DNA from: Candidatus Planktophila sp.
GTDB lineage: Bacteria > Actinomycetota > Actinomycetes > Nanopelagicales > Nanopelagicaceae
DNA: 64,000 bases
Direction of reading: 5' to 3'
Assembly: GCA_044232745.1 (NCBI GenBank)
Contig: JBIILI010000003.1
Coordinates: 92,259-156,258 of the forward strand
A program made the position numbers and the translations under genes. The notes below the pieces were generated by a model that had not been told where the DNA came from, ran no database searches, and saw only the letters and a program-made list of their open reading frames with translations. Below, piece by piece: positions 30,414 to 40,715 of this stretch (positions are counted from its first letter, which is position 1; every line of letters starts with the position of its first letter).

Positions 30414-30812
30414 ATGAGCGTTCTCTTCAGTGAACTACTAGTACCAGGCTGGGCAGATGAAAAGATCGGTTTGGATGCCGTAACAGGCACATACACAGAC
30501 GGGTCATCATTTAATTTGCCATGCCACACAGCAGATCCTGAGCTCTACTTTTCTGAGGATGAGATGCAGGTGCGAGAGGCCAAGTCACTCTGTGGCGGAT
30601 GTCCCGTGCGTGCTCAGTGCTTAGAAGGTGCGTTATCGCGCCAAGAGCCAGCAGGTGTGTGGGGTGGAGAATTATTTGAAGAAGGTCGCATCATTGCAAA
30701 GAAGCGCAAAGCTGGACGACCAACTTTGAAAGAGATCGCTGCACGCAATGCAGAAGGCGAACTCATTGAACTCAACGTTAAGGGCGACGAGCGCGAGGAG
30801 AGTGCTGCTTAA
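30414..30812 (+). CDS. whiB7: WhiB7/WblC transcription factor
   Basis: Four Cys (C...C-GG-C...C), GVWGG turn, AT-hook-like KKRKAGRP; lies downstream of uvrD2 as in mycobacteria. Confidence 0.92.
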   Translation: MSVLFSELLVPGWADEKIGLDAVTGTYTDGSSFNLPCHTADPELYFSEDEMQVREAKSLCGGCPVRAQCLEGALSRQEPAGVWGGELFEEGRIIAKKRKAGRPTLKEIAARNAEGELIELNVKGDEREESAA

Positions 30813-30841
30813 CGAGAGAGTTTTGAGTTAATCTCACTCCC

Positions 30842-31225
30842 ATGAAGCAAGATCCTGCAAAGGCCCGCGCACTAGTGGCATCCCTACTCTTTGTTGAGGC
30901 AGGCGTTGTATTTGCCCTCGCAGCATGGCTGTTGGTGCTCACAGTTACTTCAGGTTCCTTCGAATTACTTCCACTTTTAGGAGTCCTGCTTTTCGCTCTC
31001 CTAGGTGGAGGCGGACTTCTTACCTGTGGTCTCTTCTATAAGAGTGGCGCTTACTATGGGCGCGCTCCTGCAGTATTAGCTAACTTAATTGCATTGGGCG
31101 TAGTTTCTTATCAAGTAGAAGCTCACCTATGGTTTGTTGCAATTCCATTGGCTGCTTTAGCTGGAACAACTTTAATTGCGGTGTTGCGCGCCATTCCAAC
31201 TGATTCGACTGGCACAACTATTTAA
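30842..31225 (+). CDS. Four-TM membrane protein of unknown function
   Basis: Four hydrophobic helices, GRAPAVLANLI motif. Confidence 0.75.
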   Translation: MKQDPAKARALVASLLFVEAGVVFALAAWLLVLTVTSGSFELLPLLGVLLFALLGGGGLLTCGLFYKSGAYYGRAPAVLANLIALGVVSYQVEAHLWFVAIPLAALAGTTLIAVLRAIPTDSTGTTI

Positions 31226-31233
31226 AAAAAGAT

Positions 31234-31953
31234 TTACCACTCGACGATCTGATTGTCTTCCCACAAAACTCCTGTTGTATCTCCAGCATTAAATTCTCTA
31301 GTGGCCAACCACAACGCACACGCAGCACCTTCCTCGGCACTTCGTGGTGCATCGGCACCACCCATGTCGGTGCGTGAATGATTCGGACACACTGCATCAA
31401 CCAAGACACCGCGTGCACCTAATCCTGTTTCATGTGCAAGGTTTCGAACTAGTGCATTAACTCCAGCTTTACTGATTCGGTATGGAGCAAGGCCACCTGC
31501 ATTGCCAGGTCCTGACATTCTTCCTAAGCAAGCAGAGTAAATAATGACGCGACCACTTCGAGCTTCAACCATTGTGGGTGCTAAGCCATTAACAAGTGTG
31601 AATACAGAATCTAAATTGATCGCCATGACTCGACGCCATTCAGCATCAGTCGTTTTCAAAGTCTTTGACATTTTGTCGCTCATCACACCGTGGGCCAGAA
31701 TTAGTAGGTCAGGTGCAGCATGCTGTTGCGAAATCATCGCAACTACGTTGCGAGTTGCTTGCATGTCCTCAAGATCAACTGAATATGTGGTGAACTGTTG
31801 ATTCGGGTGATTTAGTTGTAATGATTCCTGAGTCTGCGATAGGCGGCCCGAATCCTTGGCAATCATCACGATGTCATAGCCCAGCGCAGCTAGAGACTTG
31901 GCGTTTTCAAAACCCAGACCTCTGCTTGCGCCGGTGACCACTGCTAAAACCAT
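31234..31953 (-). CDS. Short-chain dehydrogenase/reductase
   Basis: VTGASRGLG, YRISK (YxxxK), VCP..SRTDMGG; ATG 31953 lies 6 nt after CAGGCT. Confidence 0.9.
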   Translation of the reverse strand: MVLAVVTGASRGLGFENAKSLAALGYDIVMIAKDSGRLSQTQESLQLNHPNQQFTTYSVDLEDMQATRNVVAMISQQHAAPDLLILAHGVMSDKMSKTLKTTDAEWRRVMAINLDSVFTLVNGLAPTMVEARSGRVIIYSACLGRMSGPGNAGGLAPYRISKAGVNALVRNLAHETGLGARGVLVDAVCPNHSRTDMGGADAPRSAEEGAACALWLATREFNAGDTTGVLWEDNQIVEW

Positions 31954-32091
31954 TGGCAAAGCCTGCCTCAGATATCTGGAAAATGGAGCCTGAAATTAAT
32001 GTGGCCAATCTCGCCTTATGAGCGCCAATCCATGTTTATCAGGGCCAGTCACTGCCGATAGGCTTAGACCTGTAATCAATGCAGAAGGAGC

Positions 32092-35000
32092 TTGCCAGTG
32101 TCGGCACAGGATTTTGGCGCAAATGATTGGCTCGTTGATGAAATGTACGAGCAGTATTTAGCGAATCCTTCTTCCGTAGACCCAGCATGGATTGAGTATT
32201 TCAAAACCAATAAACCCGGAGCACCAGCAACTTCAGCAAGTACTGGTTCAACATCGGTTGCACCAAGTAAAGGTGTTCCACCCGTTCCAAAGGCACAACA
32301 AAAAGCGGCACAACCTGCACCTGTTGTTGCGCCAACACCTGCACCAGTAGTTGCCGCACCTGTTGTGGCTGCAGCACCTGTTGCACCAACACCTCAGCAA
32401 CCAGTGCTTCGCGAGACTGCAGCAATACAACCAACACCGGCAGATCCAATTGTTAAGCCTGTTCCAGTTTTGATTACGCCATCAGCATCTTCACTTGAAC
32501 CAATTCGCGGAGTTTCAGCTCGCGTAGTTCAAGCAATGGAAGGATCGCTAACAGTTCCGACAGCAACATCTGTTCGCGCAATTCCTGCCAAGTTAATGAT
32601 TGATAATCGCATCGTGATTAACAATCACTTGAAGCGCAGTCGTGGTGGAAAAGTTTCCTTTACTCACATCATCGCTTTTGCAATGATCAAGGCAGTTCGT
32701 GCAATGCCAGAGATGAATGCCTTCTTTGGTGACATAGATGGCAAGCCCGCAATTGGAAAGCCAGAACACATCAACTTAGGCGTTGCCATCGATTTAGCTA
32801 AGGAAGATGGATCACGTCAATTATTGGTTCCATCAATTAAGGGTTGCGAAGAATTAGATTTTGGACAGTTCTGGAACGCCTACGAAGCTGTAATTAAAAA
32901 GGCTCGTGGTGGATCTTTAACTGTTGAAGATTTTGCAGGCACGACGATGTCCATTACTAATCCAGGAACTATCGGAACAGTTCACTCTGTTCCACGTTTA
33001 GTTCAAGGCCAAGGCCTGATTCTTGGCGTTGGAGCGATGGATTATCCAGCTGAATTCCAGGGCGCAAGTGAGCAAACCCTTATTGAGATGGCTGTTAGCA
33101 AGGTAATTACTCTTACAAGCACGTATGACCACCGCATTATTCAGGGCGCACAATCTGGTGATTTCTTGCGCCGCATGCACGAATACTTGCTAGGTGCAGA
33201 AGGTTTCTACGATGACATCTTTAGTGCACTTCGTATTCCTTACGAACCAATTCGTTGGGCAACTGATTTTGCTTTCTCTCGCGATGAAGAAATCAGCAAG
33301 ACGGCTCGAGTTCAACAGTTAATTCAGTCATACCGAACATTCGGTCACTTGATGGCTGATGTTGATCCCCTTGAATACGTTCAGCGTTCACACCCTGATC
33401 TAGATGTTGTTACACATGGTTTAACGCTCTGGGATCTTGATCGCGAATTTGCTACTGGCGGTTTTGGTGGTGAACGCTTCATGACCCTTCGCAAGATTCT
33501 TGGAATATTGCGCGATGCGTATTGCCGTTCAGTTGGCGTTGAATATATGTACATCCAAAATCGCGAAGAGCGCGAGTGGATTCAGAATCGTGTTGAAGTT
33601 GGGTATGCCAAATTACCTCGCGATGAACAACTACACGTTTTACGTAAGCTCAACAGTGCTGAATCTTTTGAGTCGTTCCTGCACACAAAGTTTGTTGGAC
33701 AAAAGCGATTCTCGCTAGAAGGCGGAGAATCAGTTATTCCACTACTTGATGCTGTTATTTCCGCAGCCGCAGATGATGGACTTGATGAAGTCTGTATTGG
33801 CATGCCGCACCGTGGTCGACTGAATATTCTTGCAAATGTTGCTGGCAAATCTGCAGGTCAAATCTTTCAAGAGTTCCAGGGTCACTACACAGAAAATCAG
33901 GTCCAAGGATCTGGCGATGTGAAGTATCACTTGGGAACCTCAGGGGTCTTTACATCCAATAGCGGTGCAACTACAAATGTTTATCTTGCGGCAAACCCAT
34001 CTCACCTAGAGGCTGTAAACCCAGTACTAGAGGGCATTGTTCGCGCAAAGCAAGACCGCATGAATGTGAAGAACGCTTACTCCGTAATGCCAATTCTTTT
34101 GCATGGAGATGCCTCATTTGCAGGCCAAGGTGTTAACGCTGAAGTTCTGCAGCTAGCTGGCCTTCCTGGGTACCGCACCGGTGGAACAATTCACATTGTT
34201 ATTAACAATCAAGTTGGATTTACAACATCCCCAATTTCCTCACGTACTTCTGTGTACTCAACTGACTTTGCAAAGATCACTCAAGCACCGGTGTTCCATG
34301 TAAATGGCGATGATCCAGAAGCATGTGTTCGCGTTGCTCGTTTGGCATTTGAATATCGTCAAGAATTTAACAAGGATGTTGTTGTCGACATGGTTTGTTA
34401 CCGTCGTCGTGGACACAACGAAGGTGACGAGCCAAGTTTCACTCAACCATTGATGTACAAGATGATTGATGCAAAGCGCTCAACTCGTAATTTGTATACC
34501 GAAGCACTTGTTGGCCGTGGAGATTTAACTCCTGAACAAGTAGATGAAATTGCTCGTGATTACCAAGAACAGCTTGAATCAATTTTCGCATCAGTTAACA
34601 ACATCGAACCAGAACATGATGAAAACTTTAAGGTTCCAGTTGCGCCAGAACCAGAGGCAATTAGCACGGCGATCTCGGAAAATCTTGCACAAGAAATTGC
34701 TGCAACGCAGTTAGCGGTTCCAGAAGGATTTAGCGTTCATCCTAAGTTAACTCCGCAACTTGCAAAGCGCGTCGAGTCGCTTAACGATGGAACGATCGAC
34801 TGGTCAACAGGTGAAATGCTTGCATTCGGTTCACTTCTTAAAGAAGGCCACCCAATTCGACTTGCTGGACAAGATGCTCGACGTGGAACTTTCTCAAACC
34901 GTCATGCTGTAATCATTGATAAAGAAAATGGCAATGAGTGGACACCGCTTCGTGGACTTATTGGCGACGAAAATCAATTCTTTGTAATTGATTCTTTGCT

Positions 35001-35823
35001 CAGCGAATACGCTGCCATGGGCTTTGAATATGGCTACAGCCTAGAACGTGAAGAAGCATTGGTTCTTTGGGAAGGCCAGTTTGGCGATTTCGCCAATGGC
35101 GCGCAAACAATTATTGATGAGTTTGTTTCCTCTGCACTGCAAAAGTGGGGCGAGCGTTCTTCCGTTGTACTTCTTCTTCCACATGGTTACGAAGGACAAG
35201 GGCCAGATCATTCCTCAGCACGCATCGAGCGTTACCTGCAGCTATGCGCTGAACAAAACATGACCGTTGCGCAGCCTGCAAGCCCAGCAAATTACTTCCA
35301 CTTGCTGCGTTGGCATGCAAAGAACCCTGCACGTCGTCCGCTGGTTGTTTTCACACCTAAATCAATGCTTCGCCTAAAGGCAGCGGCTTCAAAACTAACT
35401 GACTTCACAACTGGTTACTTCCAAGAAGTTATCGGTGATGACTCAGTTCAAAACGCTTCTCGCGTTATTTTCTGTTCAGGAAAGATTTATCACGATCTAG
35501 TCGCAGAACGCGCAAAGCTTGGCGAAACCGGAACTGCAATTATGCGAGTTGAACTTTTGTATCCACTGCCTGTTGATGAAATGGTTGCAGAGGCTAACAA
35601 GCATCCAAATGCAAACTTGTTGTGGGTTCAAGATGAACCTGCAAACCAAGGTCCGTGGTCACATATTGCATTACGTACATCTGAGGCACACGGTGGACAT
35701 GGCTTTGGAAATCGCACATTGCGTCGCATTTCTCGTCGCGCAACGGCGTCTCCTGCAACTGGAAGTCATCACTTGCATGAAGATGAGCAAAAAGCATTAT
35801 TGCTCGAAGCCTTCACTCGCTAA
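32092..35823 (+). CDS. kgd: Multifunctional 2-oxoglutarate decarboxylase/dehydrogenase E1 with fused E2 domain (Kgd/OdhA)
   Basis: FGANDWLVDEMY, Pro/Ala linker, acyltransferase TYDHRIIQG, GMPHRGRLN, HGDASFAGQG, LLPHGYEGQGPDHSS. Confidence 0.96.
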   Translation: MPVSAQDFGANDWLVDEMYEQYLANPSSVDPAWIEYFKTNKPGAPATSASTGSTSVAPSKGVPPVPKAQQKAAQPAPVVAPTPAPVVAAPVVAAAPVAPTPQQPVLRETAAIQPTPADPIVKPVPVLITPSASSLEPIRGVSARVVQAMEGSLTVPTATSVRAIPAKLMIDNRIVINNHLKRSRGGKVSFTHIIAFAMIKAVRAMPEMNAFFGDIDGKPAIGKPEHINLGVAIDLAKEDGSRQLLVPSIKGCEELDFGQFWNAYEAVIKKARGGSLTVEDFAGTTMSITNPGTIGTVHSVPRLVQGQGLILGVGAMDYPAEFQGASEQTLIEMAVSKVITLTSTYDHRIIQGAQSGDFLRRMHEYLLGAEGFYDDIFSALRIPYEPIRWATDFAFSRDEEISKTARVQQLIQSYRTFGHLMADVDPLEYVQRSHPDLDVVTHGLTLWDLDREFATGGFGGERFMTLRKILGILRDAYCRSVGVEYMYIQNREEREWIQNRVEVGYAKLPRDEQLHVLRKLNSAESFESFLHTKFVGQKRFSLEGGESVIPLLDAVISAAADDGLDEVCIGMPHRGRLNILANVAGKSAGQIFQEFQGHYTENQVQGSGDVKYHLGTSGVFTSNSGATTNVYLAANPSHLEAVNPVLEGIVRAKQDRMNVKNAYSVMPILLHGDASFAGQGVNAEVLQLAGLPGYRTGGTIHIVINNQVGFTTSPISSRTSVYSTDFAKITQAPVFHVNGDDPEACVRVARLAFEYRQEFNKDVVVDMVCYRRRGHNEGDEPSFTQPLMYKMIDAKRSTRNLYTEALVGRGDLTPEQVDEIARDYQEQLESIFASVNNIEPEHDENFKVPVAPEPEAISTAISENLAQEIAATQLAVPEGFSVHPKLTPQLAKRVESLNDGTIDWSTGEMLAFGSLLKEGHPIRLAGQDARRGTFSNRHAVIIDKENGNEWTPLRGLIGDENQFFVIDSLLSEYAAMGFEYGYSLEREEALVLWEGQFGDFANGAQTIIDEFVSSALQKWGERSSVVLLLPHGYEGQGPDHSSARIERYLQLCAEQNMTVAQPASPANYFHLLRWHAKNPARRPLVVFTPKSMLRLKAAASKLTDFTTGYFQEVIGDDSVQNASRVIFCSGKIYHDLVAERAKLGETGTAIMRVELLYPLPVDEMVAEANKHPNANLLWVQDEPANQGPWSHIALRTSEAHGGHGFGNRTLRRISRRATASPATGSHHLHEDEQKALLLEAFTR

Positions 35824-35843
35824 TTTGGATTATGGTTTAACTC

Positions 35844-36308
35844 ATGAAGTCCCGCCGCTACCTAGTTTTATTCCCGATACTCCTAGTTCTTCTCGCGATT
35901 ACTGTTCGAGTTGCTAGTAGTGATCAGGCTTGGGTGGCTCTCACCCCAATGCCAATTGAAATGAAAGTTCCGACAGACATCGCTGAGCGAATTACAGTTC
36001 AAGATCAGTCAGTTGATGCAGCAAAGAGTGGTGCTGTTTCTGTTGTGACTCTTTCTTATCAGCCGATTGAAGGCGAGAAGGCTTGGTTTATGACTGCTTA
36101 TTACTTTATTGAAACAGATCTTGATAAAACTATTTTTCCTGATGAGGTGCCACCGTATGGCCTTAAGTTAATTACTAGAGATGGTATGGCTTTAAGTGTT
36201 ATCGGACCACAGGAATCAATCTATGAACCAAATAGTCACGATGGAAAGAACTTCGGGAAGTTGTATGACATTTTGTATGACAAAAATTCTTATCGATTCA
36301 AAGACTAA
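35844..36308 (+). CDS. Hypothetical exported protein
   Basis: Basic N-terminus plus hydrophobic signal or anchor; no family recognised. Confidence 0.65.
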   Translation: MKSRRYLVLFPILLVLLAITVRVASSDQAWVALTPMPIEMKVPTDIAERITVQDQSVDAAKSGAVSVVTLSYQPIEGEKAWFMTAYYFIETDLDKTIFPDEVPPYGLKLITRDGMALSVIGPQESIYEPNSHDGKNFGKLYDILYDKNSYRFKD

Positions 36309-36336
36309 TTAAAGCGTTGGCGTGCGAACCCTTTAG

Positions 36337-36663
36337 TTATTGGGCTTTCCCCCTCTTGTATCGAAACAGAACAACACCGACTACTTCGTTAGCCGGTATC
36401 CATCCCCAGCTGCGTGAATCTGTACTCTCTTCATTCTCGCCCTGCACCCAGTAATTGCCGGCATGAAACTTTTGCACTCGCTTGATCAAGAAAATCCCAG
36501 GTCGTTCTTCGCGCTCAACAACAATCACCTTGCTCACCAGCGAGTTTCCGACCGCCTCTAAACCTGGCGCTGAATCTAGCCAGCTAACAAATAACCAGTC
36601 GCCTTCTCGGTATGTGGGAAGCATGGATTGGCCCGCGACCTTAACTGTGCCAAATTTGCTCAT
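36337..36663 (-). CDS. sodX: Nickel SOD maturation protease (S26 family)
   Basis: VAGQSMLPT (Ser), LIKRV (Lys), WVQGEN...STDSRSWG; divergent from sodN; start moved to ATG 36663. Confidence 0.88.
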   Translation of the reverse strand: MSKFGTVKVAGQSMLPTYREGDWLFVSWLDSAPGLEAVGNSLVSKVIVVEREERPGIFLIKRVQKFHAGNYWVQGENEESTDSRSWGWIPANEVVGVVLFRYKRGKAQ

Positions 36664-36717
36664 GGGCGGTAGTCTCGCACTATTACCAGGCAATTTAGTG
36701 GCAATAGGGGAGAAAAA

Positions 36718-37107
36718 ATGTTTGCACCAAAGACAACTGTCTACGCACACTGCGATCTTCCATGTGGTGTTTACGATCCAGCGCAGGCAAAGATTGAAGC
36801 GCTATCTGTAAAGGCTTGCATGGAAAAGTACGCAGCAAATTCAGATGCAGATTTCCGCTCACGTTCAGTGGCAATCAAGGAAGAGCGTTCACATCAGGTT
36901 AAGGAGCACCTATGGGTGCTGTGGACTGATTACTTCAAGGCTCCACACTTCGAGGCATACCCACAGTTGCACTCATTGTTTAATGAGGCAACAAAGCTTG
37001 CAGGTGCTGCAGGTACAAAGGGAACTCAAGATGTTGCAGTTGCAGATTCATTGATCGCAAAGATCGATGAGATTGCTGAAATTTTCTGGGCCACCAAGAA
37101 AGCGTAG
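36718..37107 (+). CDS. sodN: Nickel superoxide dismutase precursor
   Basis: Nickel-hook HCDLPCGVYDPA after a 10-residue leader; HLWVLWTDYFK. Confidence 0.97.
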   Translation: MFAPKTTVYAHCDLPCGVYDPAQAKIEALSVKACMEKYAANSDADFRSRSVAIKEERSHQVKEHLWVLWTDYFKAPHFEAYPQLHSLFNEATKLAGAAGTKGTQDVAVADSLIAKIDEIAEIFWATKKA

Positions 37108-37137
37108 TTCAATAGAGGTTAAAAGTTATAGAGGATT

Positions 37138-37557
37138 TTAGTTTTTACTGGAATCCTGAACAAGATTAAGAGCAGCGGTGCGGGCGAGGAAAGACACTCG
37201 CTCCACCGTTGATCTTTTTATCAAGGCTGCTGCAATTTGGCGATCATGTTCATAGACTTCACATTCGAAGGTCAATTCTTTTCCTTCAATTTCAATTACG
37301 CGTGATGTTCCACGTAGTTCGGCCCCGATGCTTGCGGGTGAAAGTGAAATGAATTCAACACTGACAGGGATGGTTGTCTCCTCAGGCTCTAAATATAGAT
37401 CCAGAGACAAGATTGCTGCATGCTCCATCAAGTTAATCAATAATGATGGCGCAATGATTGGGAGATCGCCGATTCCGATTGCAAGTGATGTGTCACCTGG
37501 ACGTACGACCATTTCTGTTAACCCAACAGCACCAATAACTTCTTCCGCAGGATGCAT
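37138..37557 (-). CDS. Hotdog-fold thioesterase, FlK-like
   Basis: LINLMEHAA, PVSVEF, A.IGAEL, LTFECEV pattern. Confidence 0.7.
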   Translation of the reverse strand: MHPAEEVIGAVGLTEMVVRPGDTSLAIGIGDLPIIAPSLLINLMEHAAILSLDLYLEPEETTIPVSVEFISLSPASIGAELRGTSRVIEIEGKELTFECEVYEHDRQIAAALIKRSTVERVSFLARTAALNLVQDSSKN

Positions 37558-37559
37558 CG

Positions 37560-38006
37560 CTATCGTCCCCGACTATCTGAATCGGGGCTTTCTGAATCAG
37601 AGCCATCATTTAAAAAGCGAATCTCTTCAGTGTGCTCAATAGTTACCTCACGATGTTCAATCTGACCAAACTCATCAATTTCAATTGAAATCTCAGTCAT
37701 GCTGTACTGAGTAACAATCTCGGTGAATGCACCCGTCATTTGTCCATGAATTTGCCGGTAAATTGCATCATGTAACTCATCTGGTGCCTTTTCATCACAG
37801 CTACGACGTAACACTTCTTGCATCAAGGAATGCACCGCTTGTTCATGTGCAAGTTCTGCTTCACACGCAGGGCAAGTAGAAATATGAACTTCAACCATAT
37901 TTAACTGCGGGGCTTCGATATTACCTTCGATGAGCAATACAAAAGAGTTTAGAACCTCATTGCAACCGATACCCATGGTGTTGAAATTCGAGTTATTCAT
38001 AGTCAT
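37560..38006 (-). CDS. rsrA: Zinc-binding anti-sigma factor RsrA/RshA with a C-terminal extension
   Basis: N-terminal Cys, HISTCPAC (HxxxCxxC), RRSCDEKAP; overlaps sigR by 4 nt. Confidence 0.88.
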   Translation of the reverse strand: MTMNNSNFNTMGIGCNEVLNSFVLLIEGNIEAPQLNMVEVHISTCPACEAELAHEQAVHSLMQEVLRRSCDEKAPDELHDAIYRQIHGQMTGAFTEIVTQYSMTEISIEIDEFGQIEHREVTIEHTEEIRFLNDGSDSESPDSDSRGR

Positions 38007-38608
38007 GACTTTGCCCCCGATTTCTTATCGGTGCTGTATCCAAGTTCTTTCGCGTACTCAGTCAATCGTTCGCGTAATTGCTTTCTTCCGCGGTGCAGAC
38101 GTGACATAACGGTGCCGGTTGGCACCCCCACGATGTCGGCGATCTCTTTGTAAGAAAAACCTTCCACATCAGCCAAGTACACAGCAATGCGAAACTCTTC
38201 TGGAATCTCTTGCAGCGCACGCTTGATATCGCTATCAGGCAAGTTTTCTAGCGCTTCAACTTCGGCAGACTTTCCTTGATCACTCGTGTGCGAAGCAGCA
38301 TCTGCTAACTGCCAATCCTCGATCTCGCCACCACTTAGTTGTGGGCGGCGTTGATCCTTACGATATGAATTGATAAATGTTGTCGTTAGCACCCGATATA
38401 GCCAGGCCCTTAGATTTGTTCCTGGTTCAAATTGATGAAATGAAGCAAATGCTTTTAGGTATGTATCTTGAACTAAATCCTTTGCATCATGCGGATTCTT
38501 TGTGTAACGAAGAGCTGCGCCATATAACTGATCGGTGAAGGCAAGGGCATCTCGCTCGAAGCGGACAGCACGATCCGCCGAGCTCTCTTTCACTAGATCC
38601 GTTGACAT
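38003..38608 (-). CDS. sigR: ECF sigma factor SigR/SigH
   Basis: FERDAL...[48 protein letters not shown]; start ATG 38608. Confidence 0.93.
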   Translation of the reverse strand: MSTDLVKESSADRAVRFERDALAFTDQLYGAALRYTKNPHDAKDLVQDTYLKAFASFHQFEPGTNLRAWLYRVLTTTFINSYRKDQRRPQLSGGEIEDWQLADAASHTSDQGKSAEVEALENLPDSDIKRALQEIPEEFRIAVYLADVEGFSYKEIADIVGVPTGTVMSRLHRGRKQLRERLTEYAKELGYSTDKKSGAKS

Positions 38609-38625
38609 CGCACAAAACACTATCG

Positions 38626-39369
38626 CTAAAACAGGGTTTCTGGCTCTCCCAAAGGTGTTTCAACGGTTAACTCTTTCCCATTATTTGCCACGCTGTTGAC
38701 TGCATCCGAAACTGGGCGAGCTATCACTATGGATTCTGGGTGCTCAACAACCATTAAGGATTTCAATTCATTCACATCGGTATTGCGTGGGTTCAGCCAG
38801 ATATCCCAACGATTCGGTGGCATAAAGACCGGCATGCGGCTATGAATAGTTTCTAATTCACCTTGGGCTTCTTGAGTGATGATCGATGCAGTTTCAATAA
38901 CTTCACCATTTGGCGCTGTCCAACTACTCCAGATTCCGGCGATAGGAAGTTGTAGGCCATCACGAGCAGAGATGTAAAAAGGTTGCTTAGGTCGATATTG
39001 ACCTAAAGCGGTTGCCCATTCGTAATACCCGGTCGCAGGAATCAAGCAACGTGTGGATCTAAATGCATTTCTAAATGTTGGCTTTTCATGAATCGATTCG
39101 CTACGAGCGTTAATCGCTCTAGATTGCGAAGCACGTGCTTCCTGCATATCTGTTAACCATGGGCCGATTAATCCCCACGAAACTGTTGCTAGTGCTTTTT
39201 CACTCTTTGTATCGTTGCCAGTGCGGTCATTGGCGCGAACTACATAAATCGGATTTGTCGGTGCGATATTCCAATTCAGTGGCAAAGCGCTTTGAGGCGA
39301 TGTTCCCGTGACCTCAAACTGCTCCATGAGTTCGCGCATATCGGCGGTTTGCGCATAACGACCACACAT
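38626..39369 (-). CDS. SOS response-associated peptidase (SRAP/HMCES family)
   Basis: MCGRY N-terminus, [26 protein letters not shown]. Confidence 0.93.
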   Translation of the reverse strand: MCGRYAQTADMRELMEQFEVTGTSPQSALPLNWNIAPTNPIYVVRANDRTGNDTKSEKALATVSWGLIGPWLTDMQEARASQSRAINARSESIHEKPTFRNAFRSTRCLIPATGYYEWATALGQYRPKQPFYISARDGLQLPIAGIWSSWTAPNGEVIETASIITQEAQGELETIHSRMPVFMPPNRWDIWLNPRNTDVNELKSLMVVEHPESIVIARPVSDAVNSVANNGKELTVETPLGEPETLF

Positions 39370-39413
39370 AATTCAAGGGTATCGCAGGTATCGGCACAGG
39401 TTAGAATAAGGCG

Positions 39414-40715
39414 ATGACAAACAACGCTCACTGGCCAGCGATATTTCGCGGTGCAACACCAGTTGATATCAGCGTCGTTATCCCAGGATCTAAATCTGTT
39501 ACTAATCGGGCATTGATTTTGGCTGCGCAAGCAAAGAGCCCTTCTACCTTGCGCCGTCCTCTTGTTTCGCGAGATAGCGAATTGATGGTTGCTGGACTAA
39601 AGGCATTGGGTATTGGAATCGAAGAGGCCACCATTGTTGTAGATGGAAATGAAGAGTTGCAATGGATTGTTACACCAGCACCAATGCACGGTGGCGTACG
39701 TGTGGATGTGGGAAATGCCGGAACTGTGATGCGCTTCTTGCCTCCGTTAGCTGGGCTTGCAACAGGTGAAGTGAATTTTGATGGGGATCCACGATCATAC
39801 GAACGTCCACTAGGGCCTGTAATCAAAGCACTGGAAGAGCTCGGCGTATCAATTGATCACGAGGACAGATATAGCTTGCCACTGAAGTTGCATGGCACTG
39901 GAAAAATCAGTGGCGGAGAAATCACAATCGATGCCAGCGAATCAAGCCAGTTTTTATCAGCGCTACTTTTAGTCGCTCCAAGCTTTACCAATGGCATAAC
40001 CGTTAAACACAAAGGTGGCTCGTTGCCATCGATGCCACATATTGAAATGACAGTTGAGATGTTGCGCCAATTCGGAGCATCGGTAGAAGTGGATCCAGTT
40101 TCACAAACGTGGATCGTTAAGCCAGGTGCTCTACATGGCTTAGATTTAGTAATCGAACCTGATCTTTCAAATGCTTCACCGTTCCTTTCGGTTGCAATGG
40201 TGTGTGGTGGACGAGTAGCAATTGCAGATTGGCCCATGAAAACTACACAGCCAGGTGATCAATTACGAACAATCCTTGCTGACATGGGCGCGCAATTCTC
40301 GTTTGGAGATAACGGCCTGACAATAATTGGCACAGGGAAAATTCATGGCATAGATGTTGATTTGCATGATGTGGGTGAGTTAACTCCTTCGATTGCAGCC
40401 CTTTGCGCGCTTGCTGATTCGCCATCGCATTTACGTGGAATCGGACATTTGCGCAAGCACGAAACTGATCGTTTAGCTGCGTTAACCCGCGAAATAAATG
40501 CGTTAGGCGGCAATGTCGTAGAAGAAGAAACCGCTTTGCATATAACACCAGCACCGCTGCATGCCGGCGTATTCCACACATATGACGATCACCGATTAGC
40601 AACCGCTGGTGCTGTTCTAGGCCTAGTAATTGAAGGAATCGAAGTAGAGAACATCGCCACTACTCGCAAGACTTTGCCAGATTTTCCAGGTTTGTGGAGT
40701 TCGCTCTTACTATGA
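39414..40715 (+). CDS. aroA: 3-phosphoshikimate 1-carboxyvinyltransferase
   Basis: PGSKSVTNR, GNAGTVMRF, SSQFLS, RKHETDR, DDHRLA. Confidence 0.96.
   Translation: MTNNAHWPAIFRGATPVDISVVIPGSKSVTNRALILAAQAKSPSTLRRPLVSRDSELMVAGLKALGIGIEEATIVVDGNEELQWIVTPAPMHGGVRVDVGNAGTVMRFLPPLAGLATGEVNFDGDPRSYERPLGPVIKALEELGVSIDHEDRYSLPLKLHGTGKISGGEITIDASESSQFLSALLLVAPSFTNGITVKHKGGSLPSMPHIEMTVEMLRQFGASVEVDPVSQTWIVKPGALHGLDLVIEPDLSNASPFLSVAMVCGGRVAIADWPMKTTQPGDQLRTILADMGAQFSFGDNGLTIIGTGKIHGIDVDLHDVGELTPSIAALCALADSPSHLRGIGHLRKHETDRLAALTREINALGGNVVEEETALHITPAPLHAGVFHTYDDHRLATAGAVLGLVIEGIEVENIATTRKTLPDFPGLWSSLLL

Noticed and set aside
37138-37557. Fluoroacetyl-CoA thioesterase FlK activity
   Set aside because: Fold-level similarity only; the catalytic Thr and His positions do not appear conserved
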